The notes beneath the pieces were generated by a model, which was given only the letters and a program-made list of their open reading frames with translations, was not told where the DNA came from and did not search any database. From an uncultured Tenacibaculum sp. (GTDB taxonomy: Bacteria; Bacteroidota; Bacteroidia; Flavobacteriales; Flavobacteriaceae), in contig CANMCD010000009.1 of NCBI GenBank assembly GCA_947496185.1, positions 88,115-152,114 of the forward strand: a DNA stretch of 64,000 nucleotides, in the 5' to 3' direction. Shown in pieces: positions 29,341-40,258 of this stretch (position 1 is the stretch's first letter; every line of letters begins with the position of its first letter). The translations under genes were made by a program, and so were the position numbers.

Positions 29341-30699
29341 ATGGTCTCTTTTCAAGATTTAGATTTATCCAATCAATTACGAAATTCAATCGATGATTTA
29401 GGGTTTGTAAATGCAACACCTATTCAGGAAAAAGCTTTCCCCATAATTCGATCAGGTAAAGATATGGTAGGTATAGCACAAACGGGTACTGGAAAAACGT
29501 TTGCGTATATATTACCTATACTTAGAGACCTAAAATTTTCTAAACAAGCAACCCCTAGAATACTTATACTTGTACCCACTAGAGAACTGGTAGTACAGGT
29601 TGTGGAGGAAATAGAAAAATTAGCAAAATATATAAGCTTACGAGTACTTGGTGTTTATGGTGGTGTCAATCTAAATCGACATAAAGAAGCTGTAGCTCAA
29701 GGCTGTGATATAATTGTTGCTACGCCTGGTCGCTTATACGATTTGGCCTTGAGTAAAGTTTTAAAATTAAAATCTATTCATAAACTTGTCATAGATGAAG
29801 TAGATGTAATGTTAGACCTAGGTTTTCGATTTCAACTATTAAATATTTTTGATCTACTACCACAGCGAAGACAAAACATCATGTTTTCAGCAACTATGAC
29901 CACTGATGTTGACGCTTTAATTGATGATTACTTTATAGGACCACAAAAAATAGCTATAGCCGTTAGTGGTACACCGTTAGAAAACATTGAACAAACCTCC
30001 TATGACATACCTAACTTCAAAACTAAAATTAATTTATTAAGTGAATTATTAACTGATAAAACTACCTTTAATAAAGTATTAATATTTGCTCAAAACAAAA
30101 GAAACGCTGATAAAATATTCACAGATCTTCAGGAATACTACCCAAGTCAAATATGTATTATTCATTCAAATAAAACGCAAAATTACCGTTTGCGATCTAT
30201 TGAAGGATTCAACAACGGAGAACACAGAATCTTAATTGCAACAGATGTTATCGCTAGGGGATTGGATTTGGAAGAAATAAGTCATGTCATCAATTTTAAC
30301 CCAACCCACTACCCTGAAAACTACATGCACCGAATAGGAAGAACTGGTAGGGCTAAACATAAAGGTGCTAGTATTTTACTCTGTACAGAAAAAGAACAAG
30401 CCGCTAAAAAGCGTATTGAATCGTTGATGGATTATAATATTCCAATTATACCTATACCTGAAACCGTAAAAATATCCAATGAACTAATTGAAGAAGAAAG
30501 ACCTAAAGAAGAAAGGCAGCAATCAAAAAATAGGACTTCACAAGAATATATAGCTGGCCCTGCATTTCATGAAAAAAAAGAAAAAAACAAAAAAGTAAAT
30601 CTAGGGGGATCATATCGGAGAGAATTGACTAAAAAATATAAGAAACCTAAAACTAGAGGTAGTAAAACGGTAAGTAAAAAAAATAAGAAAAAAAGGTAA
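29341..30699 (+). CDS. DEAD/DEAH box RNA helicase
   Basis: Q motif TPIQ, AQTGTGKT, PTRELV, TPGRL, DEVD, SAT, ARGLD, HRIGRTGRA; start at ATG 29341 with TACCTTTG at 29316-29323. Confidence 0.95.
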   Translation: MVSFQDLDLSNQLRNSIDDLGFVNATPIQEKAFPIIRSGKDMVGIAQTGTGKTFAYILPILRDLKFSKQATPRILILVPTRELVVQVVEEIEKLAKYISLRVLGVYGGVNLNRHKEAVAQGCDIIVATPGRLYDLALSKVLKLKSIHKLVIDEVDVMLDLGFRFQLLNIFDLLPQRRQNIMFSATMTTDVDALIDDYFIGPQKIAIAVSGTPLENIEQTSYDIPNFKTKINLLSELLTDKTTFNKVLIFAQNKRNADKIFTDLQEYYPSQICIIHSNKTQNYRLRSIEGFNNGEHRILIATDVIARGLDLEEISHVINFNPTHYPENYMHRIGRTGRAKHKGASILLCTEKEQAAKKRIESLMDYNIPIIPIPETVKISNELIEEERPKEERQQSKNRTSQEYIAGPAFHEKKEKNKKVNLGGSYRRELTKKYKKPKTRGSKTVSKKNKKKR

Positions 30700-31061
30700 T
30701 GGAAGTTTTAACGCCACAAGAACTCCACAATTTGGGAATGAACATTGTTGGAAAAAAACTGCAAGAAATGGGTTACGAATTTGTTGCGATAAACAGTCAA
30801 CTGAAAAAACATCCACAATTTGTTTTATTTAAAAAAGGAGAACCTACAATATTCGTTCTTGTAAAAGTTTCGAACAATATCCAAACTCCAGAAGAATATG
30901 ATGTTGTTTGGATGGAAACATTTAAAGAGCATGCCAGAAAACAAAATGCAAAAGTTTGGTTTGCAGGTGTTGGTATTGCCAATACTGAAAGTATTGACTT
31001 ACCCGTATTAAAAAACAAACCTTACTATCTATCTTTCAAAGATTTTGTGAAAATATTGTGA
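30699..31061 (+). CDS. Hypothetical protein
   Basis: 120-aa ORF overlapping the helicase stop (TAATG), plausible composition. Confidence 0.7.
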   Translation: MEVLTPQELHNLGMNIVGKKLQEMGYEFVAINSQLKKHPQFVLFKKGEPTIFVLVKVSNNIQTPEEYDVVWMETFKEHARKQNAKVWFAGVGIANTESIDLPVLKNKPYYLSFKDFVKIL

Positions 31062-31208
31062 TTTACACCATTTATCACTAATTATAGCATATTTATCATC
31101 AATTCCTTACCATTCACATAAAAAAACAAAGAAAACTGACCAAAAGTAGTGTTTATCAGATAGTTATGTGATAAATTTGTAGTAGGGAAATCGATAAATT
31201 AACTAAAA

Positions 31209-31310
31209 ATGAAAAGAAAATTACTTAAGGGAATTCAAAGTTTTTTCAAATCTTTGAGATTTATTTTAGCAGAATTTGGCAAAGGAGCTGGATACGCTAT
31301 AAATCACTAA
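31209..31310 (+). CDS. 33-aa small protein in its own transcription unit
   Basis: MKRKLLKGIQSFFKSLRFILAEFGKGAGYAINH; TAAATTTG at 31172-31179 and terminator at 31341-31365. Confidence 0.55.
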   Translation: MKRKLLKGIQSFFKSLRFILAEFGKGAGYAINH

Positions 31311-31340
31311 GAGAGAAAAGAAACTTTGAAGCAAGAATCA

Positions 31341-31365
31341 CCCGTCTGGAAAGACGGGTTTTTTT
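31341..31365 (+). terminator. Intrinsic terminator
   Basis: CCCGTCT-GGAA-AGACGGG-TTTTTTT. Confidence 0.85.
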
Positions 31366-31425
31366 GTATTTTATTTTAAAGAATGAAATAAATTATAAAT
31401 TTCACATCTAAACAGTAAAACACCA

Positions 31426-34236
31426 TTAATGTGCTTCTAACCAATGATTACCAATACCAATTTCAACATCTAAAGGAACCGTTAATTGAAAAGCCTTTTC
31501 CATTTCTTCTTTGATAATTGGTTGAATTGTTGTTAACTCATCTTTATGTGCATCAAAAACTAATTCATCATGTACCTGTAATAACATTTTTGACTGGAAT
31601 TTTTCCTCTAAAAAACGTTTATGAATACGAATCATAGCTAATTTAATAATATCCGCTGCACTACCTTGTATCGGGGCATTCACTGCATTTCTTTCTGCTG
31701 CTCCTCTAACTATAGCATTTCTCGAATTAATATCTTTTAAATAACGTCTTCGCTGTAATACAGTTTCTACATATCCATGTTCCCGAGCAAAATCGACTTG
31801 ACTTGCCATATAGCTACGTAATTTCGGGTAGGTTTCATAATAAGCATCAATAAGCGCTTTGGCTTCTTTTCTAGTTAAAGAAGTTTGATTACTTAATCCG
31901 AAAGCAGAAACCCCATATATAATTCCAAAATTAACTGTTTTCGCATGACTACGTTGCTCCCTTGTCACCTCTTCAATGGGCACATTAAATACTTTAGAAG
32001 CTGTAGAAGCATGAATATCTGCTCCTTCTTTAAATGCATTCACCATGGTTTCTTCTTCACTCAAAGCAGCTATAATTCGCAATTCTATCTGACTATAATC
32101 TGCTGCAAGTAACACATAGTCTTCACTTCGTGGAATGAATGCTTTCCTTACCTCCTGTCCTCGTTTTGTTCTAATAGGTATGTTTTGTAAATTCGGATTA
32201 TTAGAACTCAACCTTCCCGTAGCTGCAACTGCTTGTGCATATACCGTATGTACCCTATTTGTTTTAGGATTAATGTCTAAAGGCAAACTATCAACATAAG
32301 TGCTCTGTAATTTTTTATACTGACGATACAACAAAATATCCGATACAATCTTATGCTCTTTTAACGAGGTCAAAACATCTTCTGCAGTTGAATATTGTCC
32401 TGTTTTAGTCTTCTTAGGCTTATCTACCAATTTTAACCTTTCAAATAAAATTGGTCCTAATTGCTTAGGTGAAGCGATATTAAATTCTTCACCAGCTAAT
32501 TCATATATATCTTTTTCTAACGATTCGATATCTTTAGATAATTCAACAGATAGCGACTTTAAATAGTCCGTATTTAGATTTATTCCTTCGATTTCCATAG
32601 CTGTTAATACGGATACCAATGGAATTTCAACTTCCTTAAACAACTGAAGTACGTTACCACTCTCTAACTCTTTAGAGAAATGCTCTTTTAACTGATAAGT
32701 TATATCGGCATCCTCTACTGCATATTCCGTTTGCTTAGAAAGTTCAACATCTCTCATGGACAATTGATTTTTTCCTTTTTTACCAATCAATTCTGTAATC
32801 GAAATAGGCTGGTAATTTAAATAAGTTTCGGATAAAACATCCATGTTATGGCGCATATCTGGATTAATTAAGTAATGCGCTATCATCGTATCAAAAAGAA
32901 AACCTCGAACAGATATATTGTAATTCGACAATACTTTGATATCGTATTTTAAATTATGCCCAATCTTTTCAATAGCCTCATTTTCAAAGAACACTTTAAA
33001 TTCTTCCAAAATTTGAACTACCTCTTCCCTATTATCTGGCAGCGCAAGGTAATATCCTTTTCCTCTTTCCCACGAGAAAGCAATACCAATAAGCTCAACC
33101 TCTAACGCTTTTAACCCTGTTGTCTCTGTATCAAAACATACAGAGGTTTGTTTCGCTAACTTATCCAACAATAACTTCCTACTTATAGGCGTATTTATCA
33201 ACTGATAAAAATGAGGTGTATTGTCAACGGTCTTAAACCCACTAAGGATGTTATCTTCCTGAGTAACACCGCCACCAGGCACACTAAACAAATCAAATTG
33301 TTGTGTAGTATTTTTATTGGAACTGGCTGTAGTATCTTGAACCTGCTCTTTAGGAAGGTAGGTTTTTTTTAAATTCTCTACGAGCCTTCTAAACTCTAAT
33401 TCATTGAAAATTTCTATGGTTTCTTCCATGTTAGGCTCCCCAAATATCATGGCTTCTTTATTCAATTCAACGGGTACATCTAACATAATGGTGGCCAACT
33501 TTTTTGAAAGTAATCCCAATTCTTTATTAGCCTCCACTTTTTCTTTCATTTTCCCTTTTAGCTGATCCGTATTTTCAAACAAGCCTTCCATGCTACCATA
33601 GGCTGCTAAGAATTTTTTAGCTGTTTTTTCTCCGACCCCTGGTAACCCTGGAATATTATCAACAGAATCCCCCATCATTCCTAAAAAATCAATCACCTGT
33701 TCTGGACGTTCTACTTCAAACTTTGCTTTCACCTCTTCTATTCCCCATTTTTCGTATCCATTTCCCATTCTTGGCGGACGATACATAAAAATATGTTCTG
33801 AAACTAATTGGGCATAGTCTTTATCTGGAGTAACCATATACGTATCCAATCCTGCTTTTTCTGCCTTTTTAGCCAAAGTTCCAATGATATCATCTGCTTC
33901 ATAACCTTCCTTTACTACTGCTGGAATGTTCATGGCTTGTAGTATTTTCTCTATATAAGGTACCGATATTTTTATCGCCTCGGGTGTTTCAAGTCTATTT
34001 GCTTTGTATTCTGGAAAAACCTCTGTTCGATCTACACTTCCTCCTTTATCAAAACATACTGCCAAATAATCTGGCTTCTCTCTCTTAATTACATCCAACA
34101 AAGAATTTGTAAATCCTAATATCGCAGAGGTATCCAATCCTTTTGAATTGATTCGCGGGTTTTTAATAAACGCATAATATCCTCTGAATATTAACGCATA
34201 AGCATCAAGTAAAAAAAGTCGTTTTCTATCGGTCAT
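31426..34236 (-). CDS. polA: DNA polymerase I
   Basis: LLDAYALIFRGYYA, YEADDIIGT, CFDTETTG, TGRLSSNNPNLQNIP, ADYSQIELR, AKTVNFGIIYG, LQVHDEL. Confidence 0.98.
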   Translation of the reverse strand: MTDRKRLFLLDAYALIFRGYYAFIKNPRINSKGLDTSAILGFTNSLLDVIKREKPDYLAVCFDKGGSVDRTEVFPEYKANRLETPEAIKISVPYIEKILQAMNIPAVVKEGYEADDIIGTLAKKAEKAGLDTYMVTPDKDYAQLVSEHIFMYRPPRMGNGYEKWGIEEVKAKFEVERPEQVIDFLGMMGDSVDNIPGLPGVGEKTAKKFLAAYGSMEGLFENTDQLKGKMKEKVEANKELGLLSKKLATIMLDVPVELNKEAMIFGEPNMEETIEIFNELEFRRLVENLKKTYLPKEQVQDTTASSNKNTTQQFDLFSVPGGGVTQEDNILSGFKTVDNTPHFYQLINTPISRKLLLDKLAKQTSVCFDTETTGLKALEVELIGIAFSWERGKGYYLALPDNREEVVQILEEFKVFFENEAIEKIGHNLKYDIKVLSNYNISVRGFLFDTMIAHYLINPDMRHNMDVLSETYLNYQPISITELIGKKGKNQLSMRDVELSKQTEYAVEDADITYQLKEHFSKELESGNVLQLFKEVEIPLVSVLTAMEIEGINLNTDYLKSLSVELSKDIESLEKDIYELAGEEFNIASPKQLGPILFERLKLVDKPKKTKTGQYSTAEDVLTSLKEHKIVSDILLYRQYKKLQSTYVDSLPLDINPKTNRVHTVYAQAVAATGRLSSNNPNLQNIPIRTKRGQEVRKAFIPRSEDYVLLAADYSQIELRIIAALSEEETMVNAFKEGADIHASTASKVFNVPIEEVTREQRSHAKTVNFGIIYGVSAFGLSNQTSLTRKEAKALIDAYYETYPKLRSYMASQVDFAREHGYVETVLQRRRYLKDINSRNAIVRGAAERNAVNAPIQGSAADIIKLAMIRIHKRFLEEKFQSKMLLQVHDELVFDAHKDELTTIQPIIKEEMEKAFQLTVPLDVEIGIGNHWLEAH

Positions 34237-34473
34237 ATCGTTTCCTATAATCTATTCAAAATAGTTTTGTTTATCAAAATATTGACAAATAATACTTCTT
34301 AAAATCAAAACTACAACTAACTAAAAATAATCGGTTTACCAAAAGGCAATTCACAAACTGTTTTAAGGATTGTTTAGCATATCTATTGGTATAAAACTAC
34401 AAAACTTTAACAACAAGCTAAAGTTTGATTGCAAATATACTAGTATATTTACCTAATTGTAAAAAGCAAAACA

Positions 34474-35697
34474 ATGCCACGTTGGTTATTTCCACTCATT
34501 ATTACCTCAACCCTTATTATTGTTTTTGAATTATACGCATTTCAAGCAATTAAAACCCTCACCAAGAACAAGATAATAAGGTACGGTTGGTTATTTATAG
34601 GAGGTATTATTTACCTAAATTTTTTTTATGTAATTTTTTCTGGTGATAGAAGTGCTGGACAAACAAGACAGTTCCAGTGGGCTTTAGGTTTATTGTTACT
34701 TGTACTAATTCCTAAGCTATTCATTACCCTAACCTTAATAGGTGAAGATTTCTTTCGCTGGATTAAAAAAGGAATTTCTTTTTTTACTACTAAAAAAAAT
34801 ATTCCTATTGAGGAAAGACGTAAATTTATTGCTCAAATTGCCTTAGGACTTGCTTCAATTCCTTTTTTGAGTTTATTACACGGTATTTTTAAAGGTAAGT
34901 ATAATTACAAGGTAGTAAAGTATCAAATACCTTTTAAAGACCTCCCAGAGGCTTTTGACGGTTTTAAGATCACACAAATTAGCGACATACATTCTGGAAG
35001 TTTAGACAATCCAGAAAAAATTGCATACGGAGTAGATTTAATTAACCAACAACAATCGGATATAATTCTATTTACAGGAGATATCGTTAATAATTTTGCT
35101 AAAGAAATGGACCAATGGGTGACTAGTTTTGCTAAACTAAATGCGCCCATGGGAAAATTTTCTATTTTGGGCAATCATGATTACGGTGATTATTCTCGCT
35201 GGGATAAAAAAGAAGATAAAGAAGCTAACTTTCAAGCTATAAAAAACATTCATCCTAATATTGGATTTGACCTGCTACTTAATGAGCATCGTTATCTCGA
35301 AAAGGATGGGCAAAAAATAGCATTGGTAGGTGTTGAAAATTGGGGAAAAGGATTTAATACGGCAGGTGATTTAGAAAAAGCTTCTAAAGGAATCCAACAA
35401 GAAGATTTTAAAATTCTATTAAGCCACGATCCCAGTCATTGGGAACATAAGGTAAAGCAAAACGATTTTAACTATCATCTAACACTAAGTGGCCATACAC
35501 ACGGACTTCAGTTTGGCATAGAAATCCCAGGTGTTTTCAGATGGAGTCCTTCACAATATGTTTACAAACAATGGGCAGGCTTGTATAAAGAGTTTGGCAG
35601 GTATATTAATGTAAATAGAGGCTTTGGATACCACGCTTTTCCAGGTCGCGTAGGAATCTGGCCCGAAATTAGCGTCATTGAGCTAAAAAAAGCATAA
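34474..35697 (+). CDS. Membrane-anchored metallophosphoesterase
   Basis: N-terminal TMs; SDIHSG, TGDIVN, GNHDY, LSHDP, GHTHG. Confidence 0.92.
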   Translation: MPRWLFPLIITSTLIIVFELYAFQAIKTLTKNKIIRYGWLFIGGIIYLNFFYVIFSGDRSAGQTRQFQWALGLLLLVLIPKLFITLTLIGEDFFRWIKKGISFFTTKKNIPIEERRKFIAQIALGLASIPFLSLLHGIFKGKYNYKVVKYQIPFKDLPEAFDGFKITQISDIHSGSLDNPEKIAYGVDLINQQQSDIILFTGDIVNNFAKEMDQWVTSFAKLNAPMGKFSILGNHDYGDYSRWDKKEDKEANFQAIKNIHPNIGFDLLLNEHRYLEKDGQKIALVGVENWGKGFNTAGDLEKASKGIQQEDFKILLSHDPSHWEHKVKQNDFNYHLTLSGHTHGLQFGIEIPGVFRWSPSQYVYKQWAGLYKEFGRYINVNRGFGYHAFPGRVGIWPEISVIELKKA

Positions 35698-35782
35698 AAT
35701 TTGTGAGTTTTTCGTAGTAATGATACGGTTTATAACAAAAAATTAGTACATTTAAGCATTGGATAGAAAAAAATTATGTTAA

Positions 35783-36076
35783 ATGACAAAATTTGGTGAA
35801 ATCATAAGTATCAACAAGCCTGTTTTGATTGACTTTTATACAGATTGGTCTGAAACAGAACCTAGCTTGGATACTCTACGTGATGTAGCAGCTGCTCTCG
35901 GAGATAAAGCTAAAGTTATTAAAATTGATATTAAAAAAAATGAAGTACTAGCGGAGGCTTTAAAGGTAAAAGGCAACCCTACATTTATGATTTATAAAAA
36001 TGGAGAGATGAAATGGAGACAAACTGGTGAACAAGATGCAAATACACTTATTGGACTGGTTCAACAGTACTTCTGA
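35783..36076 (+). CDS. Thioredoxin-fold protein lacking CxxC
   Basis: KPVLIDFYTDW, KIDIKKN, VKGNPTFMIYKNGE; no cysteines. Confidence 0.8.
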   Translation: MTKFGEIISINKPVLIDFYTDWSETEPSLDTLRDVAAALGDKAKVIKIDIKKNEVLAEALKVKGNPTFMIYKNGEMKWRQTGEQDANTLIGLVQQYF

Positions 36077-36640
36077 ACTAAAAACCCCTCTTGATTATTA
36101 TCTAAAATCTTCTTACGAGTAAAATAGTTTTTCTTTTTTGTTTATTATATTCTTTGAAAACGGTCTGTAACTTTTTTCATAACTTAACTGGTAAAGCCTG
36201 TATGATTACTATTATTACAAAAGTTTATAAAAGCTTTTCCTAATTCGTTTACTGAGTATACTTACATTGAAATTCCTTATGAAGAAATTGGATTAAAAAC
36301 TAGGGCAATATACCCGAGTATTAAACATCGTTTTACAATTAATTTTTCGGCTATAGGTGAACTTCCCTTGCGTATACAAAGTGTTGAAAAATTCAACTAA
36401 AAACAAGAAGCTTTTTAACACTTTGGTTTCAAAGAACAGAATACTCAAATAGCTAAATGATTGAAAATATTTAAGATGGTTATTTTTCGCATTTGCGTAC
36501 AAAATAAGGATATTTCTAATACCTTTTTTTAGGTCTTTTTCTAAACAAAAAAGCACTACTCATCTCTTTTTCATATTTTTTACCCCCTTGTATCATTGGA
36601 GATAAAAGCGATCAACTTTCTCTGAATTTTAACAAAAAAA

Positions 36641-36725
36641 CGTTACGCATAGTTTCTCACTATACGTAACGTGATAGTTGAACTCATCTTGACTTTTTTT
36701 ACCCCCTAAAAAAGTCAAGATGAGT
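36641..36725. repeat. Double hairpin, REP-like element
   Basis: Hairpin 36641-36671 (11/12 bp) and perfect 18-bp stem 36682-36699/36708-36725; left arm shared with 18957-18977. Confidence 0.8.
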
Positions 36726-36760
36726 CCATTATATAGAATATGACTATCTAAAAATTTTAA

Positions 36761-39700
36761 CTACGGTTTGATTGAATCAAACGTTTCTTGTCCTTCTACT
36801 GGTAAATCTTCATCAGACATTAGATGCCTAAACAGCCTACCATGATTGACATATTCTTTGAAAATTTCGTTAGCAAATACTTCCTCATCATATTCTGCTA
36901 TTTGCTTTACTAAGGTTTGATACATATATAAATTGGTATCAATATTGTCTATCACCAATGCTATATCTCCATCACTGAAAGTACTATAATATTTTAAATT
37001 TTGTTGAAAGATTTCTATTAACGTACCAGCTGTTTTTCTTGCTGAATCTCTATCTCCGATACGATAATACAATTCTGGATACCCTAAAGACAAACTAAAA
37101 TGTCCAAAATCTTTGATTGGCATTTTATATAAAGACAAATCCAACACTTCTTTTGCTCTTATAGAATCTTTAGCCTCTAAAAAAGTTTCCGACAATCGTA
37201 TCAAATTATTTCGCAAGGAGATAACATTTCTTTTACTTTGCTCATCCAAATAAATTTCACCACTATTAATCGTCTTCCAATCCCATTTTTTAATATTCTC
37301 GTACATTTTATCCGGGTCAATACGCCCCATATCTAAGATGGATTGCCTCTTATTTGGTGTCTTTATCGGTACTAATTTGTATGACATTCCGTCTAATTGC
37401 AAATAGTCTTTTAACCATATATATTCTTCATCTGCGCTGGCTCCTCCCGTAAAATATATAGGACGTTTCCACTCAAAATTATTGAGTATATCCAACATTA
37501 ATATTCTATTTTTCTGAATCCCTTGTGGGTCAACCGTAATATCTATATAGTCTACAATTTTATCCGCATCTTTTTGAGCTACCAACCCTGTAGCTAATAC
37601 ATTCTTTTTATTTACAGGAATTCGAATTTTATTGGTTGGGTAAAACTTTTCTTTCATTCCATCTCCAACTTCCAAATAAGTAGCATCATTATCACTAGCA
37701 ATCCATCGCATAAAATCATTTAATCCCAAAATAGAATCCTTAAGTTGCGGGATTGGATAATGATAAGCAATATCCAACGTACCATGTTTATAGTGTTCAT
37801 GGGTTAACTTTGAAGGAATTGGATCTGCCTCGTAGGTCTTCTTTTTCATTTGATCAATATACCAATCGGTTTGAAAAAGACTTGTATTTACTATTTTTAT
37901 ATCTCTACGTATTCCTTCTACTTGCTGCATATACCATAAAGGAAACGTATCATTATCTCCTATTGTAAAAATAATTGCATTCGGATCACAACTTTCTAGA
38001 TACGATTGTGCATTAAGCTGAGTAATGTACCTATCAGCTCTGTCATGATCGTCCCAGTTTTGGAATCCCATTAAAACAGGCACCGCAAGTAAAGAAACAA
38101 AAGTTACTACATGCGGAAGTAATTTGTGTGAAATATGTTTTTTGAAATAATCGTATAGCGCCAATACCCCAATACCAATCCATATAGCAAAAACGTAAAA
38201 TGAACCTACCACCGCATAATCTCGTTCTCTTGGTTCAAATGGTTTAGGGTTTGTGTAAAATATAATGGCAAAACCTGTAAAGGCGAAGAACAACACCAAG
38301 GTAAATAAGTTTTTCTTATCGTTATTAACTTGATATAACAATCCAATAATACCCAAAAGTAATGGTAAAAAGAAATACGTATTTCTTCCTTTATTATTTT
38401 TAATATGGTCAGGAAGTTCTTGTTGTGACCCTAATCGTATTTCATCAATAAAATCGATACCGCTCAACCAGTTTCCGTTTTCTGCATCTAAATGTCCTTG
38501 TGTATCGTTCTGACGACCCACAAAGTTCCACATAAAATAACGTCCATACATATAACCAAATTGAAAATCTATCATAAACTTCATATTCTCAAGAAATGTT
38601 GGACGCCTTTTACTTCGCAAAGGAATACCAGCAATTCTTTTATAATGTTCCTCTGCACCAGGATCAACCATTCTAGGCATAAATCCTTTGTGCTTACCTG
38701 ACCAATTTGGCAAAACATTTTTATATTTATTTACAATCACATATTTACCATCTTTCTTTTCATACTTAGGTTTATCATCCTTATATGGTTGTGCCTCATC
38801 TTGCTCTCTTTCGTAAGCAAAAGAATAATATTTATCGTAAAAAACATTCGCATCTCCGTACTGTTCACGATTATAATATGCTAATAGCTCTCTGGCACTT
38901 GAAGGATTGTTTTCATTGATAATTGTATCTGCATTTGCTCGAATTGGAAGCATTAACCATGATGAAAAACCAATCATAATAAACAAAATAGATAATACTA
39001 AAGTATTCGCTGTAACTAATTGTTTCTTCTTTGTATAACTCAATCCAACATAAAAAAGAACGACAAGTATTATCCCAGCAATCACTGTTCCTGAATTGTA
39101 AGGCAATCCTACTTGATTAATAAAAAACAATTCTGAAACACTAAAAAACTTTAACGTAAAAGGGAATAATAACTTAAAAACAAATGCTAGTACCAATACA
39201 GACACAAATGTTGCAATGGCTGTAGTTTTTACAGTAATATCTCTATATGTTTTAAAGAAATACAACATTACAATCGAAGGAATCACCAACAAGGATAAAA
39301 TATGTACCCCAAAAGACAAACCAACTACAAAACTGATAATAACGAGCCACTTATTTCCTCTAGGAGTATGTAATTCAGCCTCCCACCTTAGCCCTAACCA
39401 AAACAACAATGCCATCAAAAAAGAAGACATTGCATACACTTCTCCTTCTACAGCACTAAACCAAAAACTATCAGAAAATGTATAGGCTAATGCACCTACC
39501 AAACCACTTCCCAATACTACTATGGCCATAGTATCTGTAAACTTACTATTTTTCTCGACCATTTTTTTAGCAAGGTTCGTTATCGTCCAGAACATAAATA
39601 AAATTGTAAATGCACTGGCTAAACCAGACATAAAATTCACCATGTATGCCCAATTACTTGGATCTCCGCCAAACATTGCGAAAAAAGCCCCTAACATCTG

Positions 39701-39877
39701 AAAAAGTGGAGCTCCTGGTGGATGCCCTACTTCTAATTTTACAGCAGTTGAAATGTATTCTCCACAATCCCAAGCACTCACTGTTGGTTCGAGCGTAAGT
39801 GTATACGTTATCAAGGCTACAGCAAACGAAACCCATCCTAAAATAACATTCCATTTTTGGTAGTTAAAGTTATTCAT
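36761..39877 (-). CDS. DUF2723 family membrane glycosyltransferase-like (GT-C fold) protein
   Basis: WDCGEYI, HPPGAPL, FWFSAVEGEVYA, YYNREQYG, RERDYA, IGDNDTFPLWY. Confidence 0.88.
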   Translation of the reverse strand: MNNFNYQKWNVILGWVSFAVALITYTLTLEPTVSAWDCGEYISTAVKLEVGHPPGAPLFQMLGAFFAMFGGDPSNWAYMVNFMSGLASAFTILFMFWTITNLAKKMVEKNSKFTDTMAIVVLGSGLVGALAYTFSDSFWFSAVEGEVYAMSSFLMALLFWLGLRWEAELHTPRGNKWLVIISFVVGLSFGVHILSLLVIPSIVMLYFFKTYRDITVKTTAIATFVSVLVLAFVFKLLFPFTLKFFSVSELFFINQVGLPYNSGTVIAGIILVVLFYVGLSYTKKKQLVTANTLVLSILFIMIGFSSWLMLPIRANADTIINENNPSSARELLAYYNREQYGDANVFYDKYYSFAYEREQDEAQPYKDDKPKYEKKDGKYVIVNKYKNVLPNWSGKHKGFMPRMVDPGAEEHYKRIAGIPLRSKRRPTFLENMKFMIDFQFGYMYGRYFMWNFVGRQNDTQGHLDAENGNWLSGIDFIDEIRLGSQQELPDHIKNNKGRNTYFFLPLLLGIIGLLYQVNNDKKNLFTLVLFFAFTGFAIIFYTNPKPFEPRERDYAVVGSFYVFAIWIGIGVLALYDYFKKHISHKLLPHVVTFVSLLAVPVLMGFQNWDDHDRADRYITQLNAQSYLESCDPNAIIFTIGDNDTFPLWYMQQVEGIRRDIKIVNTSLFQTDWYIDQMKKKTYEADPIPSKLTHEHYKHGTLDIAYHYPIPQLKDSILGLNDFMRWIASDNDATYLEVGDGMKEKFYPTNKIRIPVNKKNVLATGLVAQKDADKIVDYIDITVDPQGIQKNRILMLDILNNFEWKRPIYFTGGASADEEYIWLKDYLQLDGMSYKLVPIKTPNKRQSILDMGRIDPDKMYENIKKWDWKTINSGEIYLDEQSKRNVISLRNNLIRLSETFLEAKDSIRAKEVLDLSLYKMPIKDFGHFSLSLGYPELYYRIGDRDSARKTAGTLIEIFQQNLKYYSTFSDGDIALVIDNIDTNLYMYQTLVKQIAEYDEEVFANEIFKEYVNHGRLFRHLMSDEDLPVEGQETFDSIKP

Positions 39878-40100
39878 ATTTGTTTTTAAATAAGTTCTTG
39901 CGAAGGTACTAATAACCTTTTTAACTTAAAAAGTACTAGTTAAGAAATAGTTTCTTTCTCTCACAATCAATTGATATTACCTCTATATAAAACTAATGAT
40001 AGTTTATTTTATAGCTAGCTTTTTTATTTCCTAAACTTCACAAAAGTTTGTTAAACTATAATTATGTAATAAAAAAATTTGTCATTACCATTTTCTGTAT

Positions 40101-40108
40101 TATATTTG
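40101..40108 (+). promoter_or_regulatory. Promoter of tRNA-Gln pair
   Basis: TATATTTG (-7) with TTTG at 40078-40081, 19-bp spacing. Confidence 0.75.
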
Positions 40109-40124
40109 CACCCGCATTGATCAC

Positions 40125-40195
40125 TGGCCTATGGTGTAATGGTAACACACCGGTTTTTGGTGCCGTTATTCTAGGTTCGAGTCCTAGTAGGCCAA
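40125..40195 (+). tRNA. tRNA-Gln (anticodon TTG)
   Basis: Cloverleaf: acceptor TGGCCTA/TAGGCCA, D arm GTGT/ACAC, anticodon TTG 40157-40159, T arm CTAGG-TTCGAGT-CCTAG; CCA not encoded. Confidence 0.96.
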
Positions 40196-40258
40196 CTAAG
40201 TTCTTTGCTCTTTATTATGAGCAATCATATAAAAAAATATTGTACAGTCCGTACTCTT

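Noticed and set aside
30699-31061. Assigning an NQR-related function to the ORF after the helicase
   Set aside because: No Fe-S, FAD or NADH motifs; a complete nqrF is already present at 27487-28797
36293-36556. 87-aa minus-strand ORF
   Set aside because: Low-complexity AT-rich translation with no motif; not supportable as a gene
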